A stretch of DNA of 64,000 bases, from positions 96,134 through 160,133 of the forward strand of contig JBKAGE010000001.1 of the NCBI GenBank assembly GCA_046290225.1. The letters run 5' to 3'. A program made the translations under genes and the position numbers. Source of the stretch: Bradymonadia bacterium (lineage in GTDB: Bacteria; Myxococcota_A; Bradymonadia; UBA7976; UBA1532). The notes below the pieces were generated by a model that saw nothing but the letters and a program-made list of their open reading frames with translations, was not told where the DNA came from and searched no databases. Within the stretch, counting starts at the first letter, position 1. Every line of letters begins with the position of its first letter. This document shows, in pieces, positions 38,522-51,126 of the stretch.

Positions 38522-40330
38522 TCAGGGCTCCGGGGCTGGCTCTGGGGCCGGCTCGGGGTCAGGCTCCGGGGCCTGCTCACACCGCTCGATCTCGGTGGCC
38601 CCGTCGAGGGTGTCGAGCACCTCGAAGTCCATCGTGATGATCTGCATGGCATCATCGGCGGTGTTGAAGAACAACGAGTACACCTCGCCGCCGCCCTCTG
38701 GCAGACAATCACCGGCCAGGGTGATGCGCTGGGTCGAGCCATCGAGAGGCGCCGTGACCCGGACATCTTCATCGACGAAGACCGTCCCCTCGTAACGCAG
38801 CCCCACCGGCGCGCCGTGACGCAGCGACAGGTCGAGGGGCTGCACCGAGCCCCCGCCGACGCCGGGCAGCAGGCCGCCACCGGTGCGCATGCTCCAGATC
38901 AAGCGTATGCCTTCAGCCTCTGGCGGCACCGTGAAGGTGAACTGCTTGTATCCCGGCAGCCCCGTCTGCTCGAAGCCGATGACGCCGGAAGTGGAGCGGC
39001 CTTCGACAATGTGGGGGATGCGATCCCGGCTCGTGGCGGCGTTGAAGCGCTCGAAGGGGATCGCCCGCACACAGCCGCCGAACCCGTGCTCGGTGAGCAC
39101 CTCGTCCACCCCAGTGGACACGCTCTCGTCGAAGAGGGCCGCCTCACCGCGGATGATGGCCGCCGCTTGCTCGTGGGTGGTGCGCACCGTGAACTGCTCG
39201 AGGGCTCGGAAGGCGATCTCGTCGGCCACCGCGGCGCCTACGCGCTCGCGCACCGCCCACATCGTCGACCCGATGAGCTGCCCATGGGCGTGCACCTGAT
39301 CGACGGTGTCCGCGGGGCAGCTGCGAAACCCGCTCAGGTTGCGCAGCGCCAGGCCCTCTACCCCCACATAGGCGCCGATGACCGGATCATCAGCGATGGT
39401 GGCGGAGAAGTAATCAGCGAGGCCCTCGTTCATCGAAGGCGGATCGTTCACCAGGCCATACTGATCGGGCACCGAGGGCACCTGCAGTCGGCTCGTGCCC
39501 ACCACGGCGTGGGCGTACTCGTGGTAGATGACCCGGGCGTCGTAGGCGAAGTCTTTTTCACCCTGAAAAAAGATGATGGTGTCGGTGTCCCGAGGAGGCA
39601 GCCCGAACTGCTCGGCGAAGGCCTCCCAGCTTTCTCGGGGGAAGAAGGCCGCGTTGGAGAACGGCACCCAACCGTCTTCGTTCGCCTCGGCGCCGATGAC
39701 GGAGGCCAGAGCTGGGGGATCGATCTGAAACTGCACGTTCACCAGGGCCGGCAACGGGAAGTCCAAACCCTCGAAGCCATGCACCCCGTTGAAGTAATCG
39801 TGGGCCACGTTCACGTGGTAGTACATCATCATCTCGGCGAAGCGATCGTCGGGATCCGCGTCGTCCGCCGGGGGCAAAATGTGCGTGTAGTGGCCTTCAC
39901 CATCGGGGCGAGCCACCTGCACCTCGTGACACAGCGATACCGTGACGTTGCCGAAGGGATTCGCCTGTACCCCACCGGGCTCGTTGAGGCAGTTGAACAC
40001 CTCTACCCACGGGCTGGTCAGGGCGCCGTCTTCGGTGATCACCGGGGGCAGCGTCACCTCGGTGAGGGTCTCCTCGTCGGTGACCGGATCGTTCAGATAG
40101 ATCATCGCCTTGGGGGCCTCGATCACCTGGGGCATCGCATCGGGGATCACTTCAGCGTCGGACATCACCTCGGCATCGGACATCATGGCGTCCGGGGCAT
40201 CGACGGCCATATCAGAGGCCATCATGTCGGCCTCGCCGGGATCTCCACTGGCACCGCCATCGTCACAGGCCGAGAAAGCCAGGCTGCTCATCGCCACCAA
40301 GGCCCATCGGGGCATCACGCACCGCTTCAT
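38522..40330 (-). CDS. M4/M36-like zinc metallopeptidase lipoprotein lacking a propeptide
   Basis: FSAC lipobox; NAAF; VIYHEYAH; NEGLADYFS; VHAHG (thermolysin VH motif). Confidence 0.85.
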   Translation of the reverse strand: MKRCVMPRWALVAMSSLAFSACDDGGASGDPGEADMMASDMAVDAPDAMMSDAEVMSDAEVIPDAMPQVIEAPKAMIYLNDPVTDEETLTEVTLPPVITEDGALTSPWVEVFNCLNEPGGVQANPFGNVTVSLCHEVQVARPDGEGHYTHILPPADDADPDDRFAEMMMYYHVNVAHDYFNGVHGFEGLDFPLPALVNVQFQIDPPALASVIGAEANEDGWVPFSNAAFFPRESWEAFAEQFGLPPRDTDTIIFFQGEKDFAYDARVIYHEYAHAVVGTSRLQVPSVPDQYGLVNDPPSMNEGLADYFSATIADDPVIGAYVGVEGLALRNLSGFRSCPADTVDQVHAHGQLIGSTMWAVRERVGAAVADEIAFRALEQFTVRTTHEQAAAIIRGEAALFDESVSTGVDEVLTEHGFGGCVRAIPFERFNAATSRDRIPHIVEGRSTSGVIGFEQTGLPGYKQFTFTVPPEAEGIRLIWSMRTGGGLLPGVGGGSVQPLDLSLRHGAPVGLRYEGTVFVDEDVRVTAPLDGSTQRITLAGDCLPEGGGEVYSLFFNTADDAMQIITMDFEVLDTLDGATEIERCEQAPEPDPEPAPEPAPEP

Positions 40331-41034
40331 CGAATCACCCGATTGCGCAGGCCGATCACCCGACCGCTGTGGCCGTCCACCCGCACGACGAAGTGGGCCA
40401 CCATGGGCTGGCGCACCACCTCCACCTCGAAGACCTCCACACCGAAGTTGCCCACGGCCGCCACCCCTCGAGTCACCTTGGGCGCCGAGGCCTCCGGGCT
40501 CACCGGGCCTTCACCGAGCACATAGCGCAGGGCCAACGTTCGGGCGTCGTCTTCAGTGATCGTGGCCTGTTTGAACGACTGCAGGGGCTCGGCAGCATTG
40601 TGGAATGCGATCACGTGGCCCTGATCGTCGAGGGTGAGCGTGCCCTCATGATCAAGGACCGGCAGGCGCTGATGGTGCTGAGCGAGTCGGACCACAGTCC
40701 GCTCGCGACGGGTGTTGGCCTCAACAGGCACCAGAGTGGTCCCTGCAGTGAGCACCTCGTGCACGTCGAGGAAATCAGCGGCCTGTTCGAGGGGCGTAGA
40801 TCCCTTCACCGACACCGAGAGGCCCGTGATCACCGTCGGGCGCTCACCTTGCCATTGCACCCTCAGGCGATCACCGCCGAGGGTCTCCAGATGGCGCTCG
40901 ATGCGCAGCTTTGGGGCGTCCCGCTCTGTGAGCGCTTGATGTTCGGTGGGTCGAACCTGGGCCCCGGCGGGGCTGCCCAGCAGGGCAACGGAGGCGGTCA
41001 GGGCCGCCTTGATGGCCGATGAGATGCGCCGCAT
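40327..41034 (-). CDS. Stand-alone FTP/PepSY propeptide-like secreted protein
   Basis: Signal peptide ending AGA-Q; VVRLAQHHQRLPV (FTP-like); ITEDDARTLA and VRVDGHSGRVI (PepSY-like); ATGA overlap with the peptidase gene. Confidence 0.8.
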   Translation of the reverse strand: MRRISSAIKAALTASVALLGSPAGAQVRPTEHQALTERDAPKLRIERHLETLGGDRLRVQWQGERPTVITGLSVSVKGSTPLEQAADFLDVHEVLTAGTTLVPVEANTRRERTVVRLAQHHQRLPVLDHEGTLTLDDQGHVIAFHNAAEPLQSFKQATITEDDARTLALRYVLGEGPVSPEASAPKVTRGVAAVGNFGVEVFEVEVVRQPMVAHFVVRVDGHSGRVIGLRNRVIR

Positions 41035-41149
41035 CTGTCTCCTCGAGTCTTGCACGAGGAGGGAGCATAATCACCCACACGCAGAAAGGGAGGGGCAACC
41101 TGTTACACGGGTCGATTTAGATGGCCCCAGTGAGGGCTTTAAGCGCGCC

Positions 41150-42487
41150 TCAGCGCTCGTCGGCGCCGATGTCGGGTCCGTTGCCCCGGGGCCGCGGCTG
41201 GCTGTCGATGTCGAGACCCGTGTCAGGCATCGTCTTGGCCTTGTCGATGGCCTGCCTGGCCTTGTCGGACAAGCGCAGATCGAGGGTGGCGGGATCGACA
41301 GAGCGAAACAGGCTCGCCGGGGCGTTGGTGATGTTGGACTCGAGGGCGGCCTTGCCGTTGTCCCTGCGACTGATGTTGCGGACGATGTTGTTGGTGATCT
41401 CCACCTGAGTATTGGGGAACCGGTAGTCGATCGAGGCGAAGACCTTGGCCTCCGGGGTGGACCAGACGGTGTTGTGATACACCTGCCCACCGCACGTCTG
41501 ATCAAGCTCGATGCCCGTGTCGTAGAACGGCGTCGAAGCGAAGATGATGTTGTTGCGCACCACCCCGCCGTAGTGGCCCACATGCCCCTTTGCCTCAGGG
41601 CATGGCTTGTCGGGATAGCGTCGAGCCTCGCCTTCGAAGATCAGCCCCAGCCCGATGCCCCGCGCGCAGTCCACAATCACATTGTTTTCCACCAGCGTGT
41701 CCCGGGCCCCTTTCCAGAGGTGGATTGCATGCTCGGCGATCTTGCCGTTGTCACAGAAAATGCCCTGAAACAGGTTGTGATGGATGTGCCACCGTGCCGT
41801 GCCGTGGGTGTCGATGCCGCCGGTGTAGCAACCGGTGAACCGCTTCTCCACTTGCTGTCGGCCGTCAGCGGTCATCACGAAGGTAGAGCACGAGACCTCG
41901 CCATCGTCGATCCACCCGGTCCGCCGTTTGTTGGCGTTCACCTTCAGGAACTGCTCTCCACCATCCACAAAGCGCACATCGTAAATACGATGGTGACTGA
42001 TGGTGCCGTTGAGGGTCTCCGGCGCAGCGATGTGGATCAGGTGATCCACAGCATGTGTCACCGTGAGGTGGGCGATGGTGATGTTCGAGGCCTCGATGTA
42101 GATCATCTCCTGGGTCACGTACGCCCCGTCGAGGATCACCTTCGAAGCATCGCCGCTCGCCCCTCTGAGGGTCACCCCTGGGGTCCGAAACACCAGCCGG
42201 CGTTCCGTCTCGTTCTGCCCCTGGATCCGATAGAGGCCGTCGGCGAGCACGATCGTGCTGCCCTTAGGCGCCCGCCTCACGATTTGCGGCAGCAAACTCG
42301 CTTGACTCGGTGTCACCCGAATCAATCCACCCACTGGATAGGGCAGCGGCTCACAGGTCTGGTGAATCACCGACACCATGGCCTCAGGGTTCGCATCCTG
42401 AAAACCATCACCGGCGGCAACCTGAGGGGTCATGCATCCCACAGTACACGCAAGAAGGAGCACACAGCTCAGAGGGGTAGATTTCAT
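41150..42487 (-). CDS. Right-handed beta-helix (pectin-lyase-like) secreted protein
   Basis: TIVLADGLY, VTLRG, repeated ENNVI/RNNII/YHNTV/TNNIV; C-terminal DLRL...AID...DIDSQPR...PDIGADE. Confidence 0.8.
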   Translation of the reverse strand: MKSTPLSCVLLLACTVGCMTPQVAAGDGFQDANPEAMVSVIHQTCEPLPYPVGGLIRVTPSQASLLPQIVRRAPKGSTIVLADGLYRIQGQNETERRLVFRTPGVTLRGASGDASKVILDGAYVTQEMIYIEASNITIAHLTVTHAVDHLIHIAAPETLNGTISHHRIYDVRFVDGGEQFLKVNANKRRTGWIDDGEVSCSTFVMTADGRQQVEKRFTGCYTGGIDTHGTARWHIHHNLFQGIFCDNGKIAEHAIHLWKGARDTLVENNVIVDCARGIGLGLIFEGEARRYPDKPCPEAKGHVGHYGGVVRNNIIFASTPFYDTGIELDQTCGGQVYHNTVWSTPEAKVFASIDYRFPNTQVEITNNIVRNISRRDNGKAALESNITNAPASLFRSVDPATLDLRLSDKARQAIDKAKTMPDTGLDIDSQPRPRGNGPDIGADER

Positions 42488-42610
42488 GGAGACTCCATGG
42501 CCCGTTCGACTGCTCACTCATCGGCAATCGAGTCGTCCAACACGAGGACGCATCACGGGAGAGGATGTTCAGCGGAGCCAGAAAGCCTCGCGGCACAGGC
42601 GACAGAGCAT

Positions 42611-42644
42611 AAAAAAACCCGCCCGAGGTTGCCCCCGGGCGGGT
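42611..42644 (-). terminator. Rho-independent terminator, minus strand
   Basis: Minus strand ACCCGCCCG-N9-CGGGCGGGT followed by a T-run. Confidence 0.75.
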
Positions 42645-43266
42645 CGAAAAGGGTGGCCTGTGTCTGAGGCGATGTGGCGTATGCAAGGGGAAACGACCAC
42701 CCTTGCTGTACCATATCGGGATAACCCACCATGGGCTTAACCTCTTTCCTCGGGCCGCCGTCCCCCGCGCCCACAACACAACACAAAAAACCCAATAAAC
42801 ACAAAGCATTAACCTCACACACCCACATCAAAAAACGTTCAAAAAACGCCCACACTCCACCCAATCAAGCTAACCAAACAGCACCAAAACGAAACACAAG
42901 ACACCTCACATTGAGCCATTGCATCTCCCCTCTCCTCTTGACTCGAAGCCACATGGTCCTCATCCTCAAGACCTCAACCCACACCCAGGAGGCAGATGAT
43001 GATTGTGTTTGCATGCCCCCAGCCCTGCAGGGTGTGGTGTATCTGCAGCTGAGCCTCTTGCTGAATGCTGCCTGCTGAGCCTTCGCTCAGATCAACTCAC
43101 CTCACCTTGCCCTCAGGCTGAAGACCTTGGTCCATCGAGCATGCTCCCCACCAAGCATGCTCAAGGTCCACGGTGCGTCTCCGTCTCGCCCCACCCCGGG
43201 GCCACATCACACATTGATTTGAGTTGATTTGGGGTCAGAGCACCCCACCTGTTTTGGAGTCTACCG

Positions 43267-44409
43267 TTGTCCGACTTTGCGTCTTCAACGTCTCGTGCTG
43301 CACAGGTGCAGCCACTCGACACCCTCGGCTGGGATACGCGCTGGCACTCAGCCTTCGATCAGATCGGCCGACCGGACCTGCAACCCATGCGGGTCATCGC
43401 CGTTCACCGTCAATTTCGTGTGCTCGCCGGCCCCGTGCCGGTGGAGCGTGGTGTACCCACAGGCCGCTTGAGAGCGCGCTCTTCTCCAGAGGACATGCCC
43501 ACAGTGGGTGACTGGGTGCTCGTCGATGCCGAGCAGGCCACGGCCGATGGTCTGGCACACATCATCGCCAGTCTGCCTCGGCGATCGGTCTTTCGCAGGG
43601 CCGCCGCTGGCGAGAGCACACACGGGCAGGTGGTGGCGGCCAACGTCGACACCGTCTTCCTCGTCTGCAGTCTCGACAGAGACTTCAACCCCAGGCGCAT
43701 CGAACGTTACCTCGCCGCGCTCTGGGGCACGGGCGCACAGCCAGTGGTGTTGCTCAACAAGGTGGATCAATGCCCGGATCCACAGAGCATGCTCGCCGAG
43801 CTTCAGGGCTCAGTCCCAGGGGTGTCCGTGCACTTGACCAGCGCCCTCGACGCCACCGGTCTCGATGCCCTCGCCCCATATCTTCTCCCAGGCCGCACCG
43901 TGGCCCTGGTGGGATCTTCTGGGGTGGGCAAGTCCACCCTGAGCAACGCCTTGCTCGGTGAGGCCGCAGCGACTCACATGGCCACAGGCGCGGTCCGCGC
44001 CGATGACCAGCGGGGGCGCCACACGACCACCCACCGCCAGATGCTCACGCTTCCAGGGGGCGCGCAGCTCATCGACACCCCAGGGATGCGCGCCCTGGGG
44101 TTGTGGGTGGACGAAGGCGCCGAGGCCGGCGTGGCCTCAGCGTTCCCCGACATCGAGGCCCTCATCGATCAGTGCCGGTTTCGGGACTGCAGCCACCAGA
44201 ACGAGCCAGGCTGCGCTGTGCGTGCAGCGCTCGAGTGTGGAGAGCTCTCACCCGCTCGTCTGGCGAACTGGGAGAAGCTGAATCGGGAGCTGGCTTTCCA
44301 GGCCCGGAGACAAGATGAGTCCCTGGCGCGGCTGGAAGAGGCGAAGTGGAAGTCGATCCAGAAGGCGAACCGGGCGCGCACCCGGCTCAGGAACAAGCAA
44401 CGCTATTGA
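43267..44409 (+). CDS. rsgA: Ribosome small subunit-dependent GTPase A
   Basis: VGDWV, AANVD, LNKVD, GSSGVGKST, GRHTT, DTPGMR and zinc finger CRFRDCSHQNEPGC. TTG start uncertain. Confidence 0.95.
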   Translation: MSDFASSTSRAAQVQPLDTLGWDTRWHSAFDQIGRPDLQPMRVIAVHRQFRVLAGPVPVERGVPTGRLRARSSPEDMPTVGDWVLVDAEQATADGLAHIIASLPRRSVFRRAAAGESTHGQVVAANVDTVFLVCSLDRDFNPRRIERYLAALWGTGAQPVVLLNKVDQCPDPQSMLAELQGSVPGVSVHLTSALDATGLDALAPYLLPGRTVALVGSSGVGKSTLSNALLGEAAATHMATGAVRADDQRGRHTTTHRQMLTLPGGAQLIDTPGMRALGLWVDEGAEAGVASAFPDIEALIDQCRFRDCSHQNEPGCAVRAALECGELSPARLANWEKLNRELAFQARRQDESLARLEEAKWKSIQKANRARTRLRNKQRY

Positions 44410-44421
44410 TCTTGGAGGAGA

Positions 44422-45420
<999 letters not shown>

Positions 45421-45554
45421 TGGACAACCTCTGTGTGCCCTCTCGGGCGGCTGGCTCTTCAGACTTTACAAGAACACCTGTAAGGCCTGACATGCTGCAA
45501 CGCACCATCAACCAAATGCAAGGCTAAAACACAGGGGGCAGCCCCGGGGTGGGC

Positions 45555-46367
45555 TCACACCTTCTGGTAAACCCCACGCTTGCCGGGGACCGCCTTGAAC
45601 TTGTCGGAGACCCCGAGAATGGTCTCCGCACCGCCGAGAAACAAAAAGCCATCGGAGGGCATGGTCCGGGCAATGCGTTCGAGGACCATCCCCTTGGTTG
45701 GGGGGTCGAAGTAGATGAGCACATTGCGACAGAAGACCACGTCGAACTTCCCGAGACGGGCGGGATCGTCCATGAGGTTGAAGAGCCGAAACTGCGCCTT
45801 TTGACGCGTCGCATCATTGAGGCGCCATTGGGCGTCTTCTTTCTTGAAGTGCTTCATGAGCAGCTTCACCGGCAACCCGCGCTGCACCTCGAACTGGCTG
45901 TAGAGGCCCGACTTCGCGCGGTTCACCATCTCCTGGGAGATGTCCGAGCCCACGATGTCGAACTTCCAGTCCCGCCAGCCGAGCTCTTCGCCGATGAGCA
46001 TGACCAGGGAGTAGGCCTCCTGGCCGCTGGAGCACGCGGCGCTCCAGATGCGCATCTGCTTGGTCCGCTGCCGGTCGGGGTTGGCCATCAGCTCGGGCGC
46101 CACATGACTCTTGAAGAGTTCAAAGGGCGTACGATCCCTGAAAAAGAACGACTCGTTGGTCGTCATGGCCTCGGTGACCTCGACGAGCAGCCGCTCGTTC
46201 CGAGGGCCCTTGAGCAGACGGGTCAGCTCGTTGAGTCCGTTGGCGCCCCACTTCCGAGCCACCGGCGCCAGACGTGACTCGAGTAAATAGATTTTGTCCT
46301 GGGTCAGGCTGAGGCCGGAGCGCTCTTTGACCAACCCGGAGAGGTAAGCGAAATCGCTTGGGGTCAT
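45555..46367 (-). CDS. cheR: Chemotaxis protein-glutamate O-methyltransferase
   Basis: MTTNESFFFRD, RIWSAACSSGQEAYS, FDVVFCRNVLIYFD, LGGAET. Confidence 0.95.
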   Translation of the reverse strand: MTPSDFAYLSGLVKERSGLSLTQDKIYLLESRLAPVARKWGANGLNELTRLLKGPRNERLLVEVTEAMTTNESFFFRDRTPFELFKSHVAPELMANPDRQRTKQMRIWSAACSSGQEAYSLVMLIGEELGWRDWKFDIVGSDISQEMVNRAKSGLYSQFEVQRGLPVKLLMKHFKKEDAQWRLNDATRQKAQFRLFNLMDDPARLGKFDVVFCRNVLIYFDPPTKGMVLERIARTMPSDGFLFLGGAETILGVSDKFKAVPGKRGVYQKV

Positions 46368-46385
46368 GATCTTTCCCCTGGTTGT

Positions 46386-46751
46386 TTAGAGCATCCCAAC
46401 TTCAGAGAGCTTGGACTGGATGATGGCTTCATCGAAGGGCTTCATGATGTACTCATCCGCCCCGTTCTCCATGGCTGCCATGATGTGATCGAGATCGTTC
46501 TCGGTGGTGCACAAGATCACCACCGGCTGTTCTCGACCGTACTTCTCCCGCAGCGCCTGCAAACACTCGAGGCCGTTCATCACGGGCATGTTCCAATCAA
46601 GGAGCACCACGTCGGGCATCTGACGCTCACAGGCGTTCATGGCGTCCTGGCCATCTTGGGCCTCGTCCACCTCGAACTGCAACTGCTCCATCATGCCCCG
46701 GGTGATCCGCCGAACGACCTTGGAATCGTCTACGATCAGGCAGGTCTTCAT
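46386..46751 (-). CDS. cheY: CheY-like single-domain response regulator
   Basis: LIVDDS, LLDWNMPVMNG, CTTEN, YIMKPF. Confidence 0.88.
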   Translation of the reverse strand: MKTCLIVDDSKVVRRITRGMMEQLQFEVDEAQDGQDAMNACERQMPDVVLLDWNMPVMNGLECLQALREKYGREQPVVILCTTENDLDHIMAAMENGADEYIMKPFDEAIIQSKLSEVGML

Positions 46752-46852
46752 GTCACCTCCCAGTCCCTGACGCACTCGCGGCATCCATCGCGGCGAGGAT
46801 CAGGACATCAGAAGGAGATACGGCGCTCTGAAGTGCCCTCTTGATCACTGAG

Positions 46853-48696
<1,844 letters not shown>

Positions 48697-48700
<4 letters not shown>

Positions 48701-48960
48701 GTCGATGCCTCGTCGAGGCGCAGTTGGATCAGCGCCAGCAGATCACCCACAGTCCGCAGCGCCTCGCCGTCGCCTTCTTCGAGACAAATCTCGAAGGTGT
48801 CTTCGATGGCCACCACGAGCTTGAGCAGACTCAGAGAGTCCATGGCCAGCCCTCCGGCCACAGGGGTCTCGGCGGTGATCTCTGCTGGCGCCGCCGACGG
48901 ATCGGGCAGATGAGCTCTGATCAAGGTGACGAGGGTGGGTAAATCAGGAGAGACGCTCAT
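48697..48960 (-). CDS. Acyl carrier protein
   Basis: LAMDSLSLLKLVVAIEDTF; 4-bp overlaps on both sides. Confidence 0.9.
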
Positions 48961-50003
48961 GTGAGCCACCTCAGCAGCACAAGCTCGGCACAGAAGCCCG
49001 GGCCCATGGCCATCAACAGGCCCCACGATCCCGGCGGGGGCGGCTCGTCGAGGGTCTGCGACATGACCATGAGCACCGAAGCGCTCGACAGATTCCCCAC
49101 AGTGCGCAGGCTGGCCCACGAGGCGTCGAGGGCGCCATCGGGCAGCTCGAGGCCATCGGCCACGCCTTCGAGCACTTTGGGCCCTCCTGGATGGCAGACG
49201 AACCGCTCGATGTCGTCGATGCTGAGCCCGTGGGCGCCGAGGAAGGCCTCTACGCCCGGGCGCAGGCTGTCTCGTGCGATGTGCGGCACCTGAGCAGAGA
49301 GCACCACCTTGAAGCCGCCACTGCCGAAGTCCCAGCCCATGACCCGCTCAGTGTCTGGGAAGAAGATCGAGCGGGTGTCGACGATCTCCGGTAGCCCTCG
49401 GGGCGCCTCACCATCTGCCCGGACCACCACCGCCGCGGCGCCGTCGCCGAAGAGACCGCTGGCGACGATGTTCTCCAACGAGAAGTCGCCGCGCTGAAGC
49501 GTGAGCGAGCACAGCTCCACTGAGAGCAACGCCCCCACCTGACCAGGCTTCAGGGCGTCGGAGACCCGAGCGAGCCCCGCGGCGCCGGCGACGCAGCCCA
49601 GACCAAAGAGGGGCATGCGCTTGAGATCGGCCCTCAAGGGCAGGCGATTCATCAGCCGGGCGTCGATGCTCGGCACCGCGAGGCCCGTGACGGTGACGAA
49701 ACACAACACATCCACCTGCTCGGGGCTTACCCCAGCACGACTCAGGGCCTGCTCGAGGGCTTCGGCGCCGAGGGGCACAGCCACGTCGATGTAGGCTTGA
49801 TTGGCCCGCTCGAAGTCGAGATCGAGGTAGGCCTCCATCGGGAGCGCCAGATTGCGGCCACCCACCAGAGCGTTGCGGTGGATTGCCGCGAGGCGCTCGA
49901 CGTTGTGATGCACCCCCTGCCATTGAGACTTGAAGGCGTCGATGAGCGCTTCCTGATCGTAGCGATGAGGCGGCAGGGCGGTCCCTGCAGCGGCGATGTA
50001 CAT
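48957..50003 (-). CDS. Type III polyketide synthase (SrsA/FtpA-like)
   Basis: Cys-His-Asn triad: GLGCVAG, CHPGG, GNLSS; also LFGDGA and MGPGF. Confidence 0.95.
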   Translation of the reverse strand: MYIAAAGTALPPHRYDQEALIDAFKSQWQGVHHNVERLAAIHRNALVGGRNLALPMEAYLDLDFERANQAYIDVAVPLGAEALEQALSRAGVSPEQVDVLCFVTVTGLAVPSIDARLMNRLPLRADLKRMPLFGLGCVAGAAGLARVSDALKPGQVGALLSVELCSLTLQRGDFSLENIVASGLFGDGAAAVVVRADGEAPRGLPEIVDTRSIFFPDTERVMGWDFGSGGFKVVLSAQVPHIARDSLRPGVEAFLGAHGLSIDDIERFVCHPGGPKVLEGVADGLELPDGALDASWASLRTVGNLSSASVLMVMSQTLDEPPPPGSWGLLMAMGPGFCAELVLLRWLT

Positions 50004-50010
50004 AGGATCC

Positions 50011-51126
50011 TCAGGTGACGGAGGGGCCCTCGAGGGCCAGAGGTGTGACAGGTGGTGCCAGGGCCGGGGCGGCGTCGTCCGCGGAGAGCCGGCTCACAGC
50101 GAGCTGCATCACCCAGGGGCAACGATGCACCACCGGCAAGATCAAAGATCGCAGGGGCCGCCGACGGGCCACAGCGAGCAAGGCCCCGGTCATCTGGTAG
50201 TAACGGGCGGTGGCCCGGCGCCATGCGCGCTCGTAGCTGTCGAGGTTGCTGTGACCCGTGATACAGCCCACGAGGGCCCGGGCCCCTTCGAGGCCCAGGC
50301 GCACCCCCTCTCCTGTGAGAGGGTCGAGGAAGCCCGCGGCGTCGCCCACGAGGGCCACTCGGCCCTTCACCCTGGCAGTGGCGCGCTGATCAAAGGGACC
50401 ACCGCCCTTCACCGGCCCCAGCGGGCTGGCGTCGGCCAGCCTGGCCCACAGATGAGGACACTGCGCCTCGAGCATGTCATCGAACCGGCCTTTGCCCTCG
50501 AAGAGCACCGCCACGCCCACCTCACTTGTGGAAACAGGCGTCACATATGCCTCGATGGAGGGCCCCCAGTACACCTCGACACAGTGCGTCCACGGAGCCA
50601 AGGCGAAGTGGCGCACCATGCCCATGCGGCGCCAGCGAGGGGCGGGCCCTTGCAGGCCGAGTTGCCGACGCAGAGGGGATCGCAGGCCGTCGGCCACCGC
50701 CATCCAGCGGCCGTTCAAGCCCGCAGCGCGCACCCTGCCCTCGCCTTGCTCGATGTCCGTGACCTTCTCGTGGGCCCAGCGCACGCCCAGCCCCTCGGCG
50801 CGGGCCAGCATGGCCCGGTGCAGATCGCTCCGCCGCACGCCCCAACCGCTGCGACCCTTGGAAAAGCCCACCGAAGCTCGACGATCGTCTCTGGCCCCGT
50901 CGATGTAGCTGACGCCGGTCATCTCCACCCGGCGCTCGGGGCTCACGCCCATGGCCTGCAGCACGCGTACAGCTCGAGGCATCAAGCCCTCGCCACATGC
51001 TTTGTCCACCACACCTGTTCGGGGTTCGATCACCACCACTTCGAGGCCTGCGAGGGCCCCTTGGATCGCACAGGCGAGCCCCGCTGGGCCACCACCCGCC
51101 ACCAGGAGATCGGCGTCGAAGCTCAT
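50011..51126 (-). CDS. FAD-dependent oxidoreductase/monooxygenase (SrsC-like)
   Basis: GGGPAGL, DKACGEGLMP, ADGLRS, LVGDAAGFLDPLTGEG. Confidence 0.9.
   Translation of the reverse strand: MSFDADLLVAGGGPAGLACAIQGALAGLEVVVIEPRTGVVDKACGEGLMPRAVRVLQAMGVSPERRVEMTGVSYIDGARDDRRASVGFSKGRSGWGVRRSDLHRAMLARAEGLGVRWAHEKVTDIEQGEGRVRAAGLNGRWMAVADGLRSPLRRQLGLQGPAPRWRRMGMVRHFALAPWTHCVEVYWGPSIEAYVTPVSTSEVGVAVLFEGKGRFDDMLEAQCPHLWARLADASPLGPVKGGGPFDQRATARVKGRVALVGDAAGFLDPLTGEGVRLGLEGARALVGCITGHSNLDSYERAWRRATARYYQMTGALLAVARRRPLRSLILPVVHRCPWVMQLAVSRLSADDAAPALAPPVTPLALEGPSVT

Noticed and set aside
40327..40330. Frameshift or pseudogene explanation for the split M4 protease
   Set aside because: The downstream ORF has its own signal peptide, lipobox and linker, and the junction is a standard ATGA overlap.
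42408..43078. Small ORFs across the A/C-rich tract
   Set aside because: Their composition simply mirrors the nucleotide skew, and the minus-strand ones read through a terminator.
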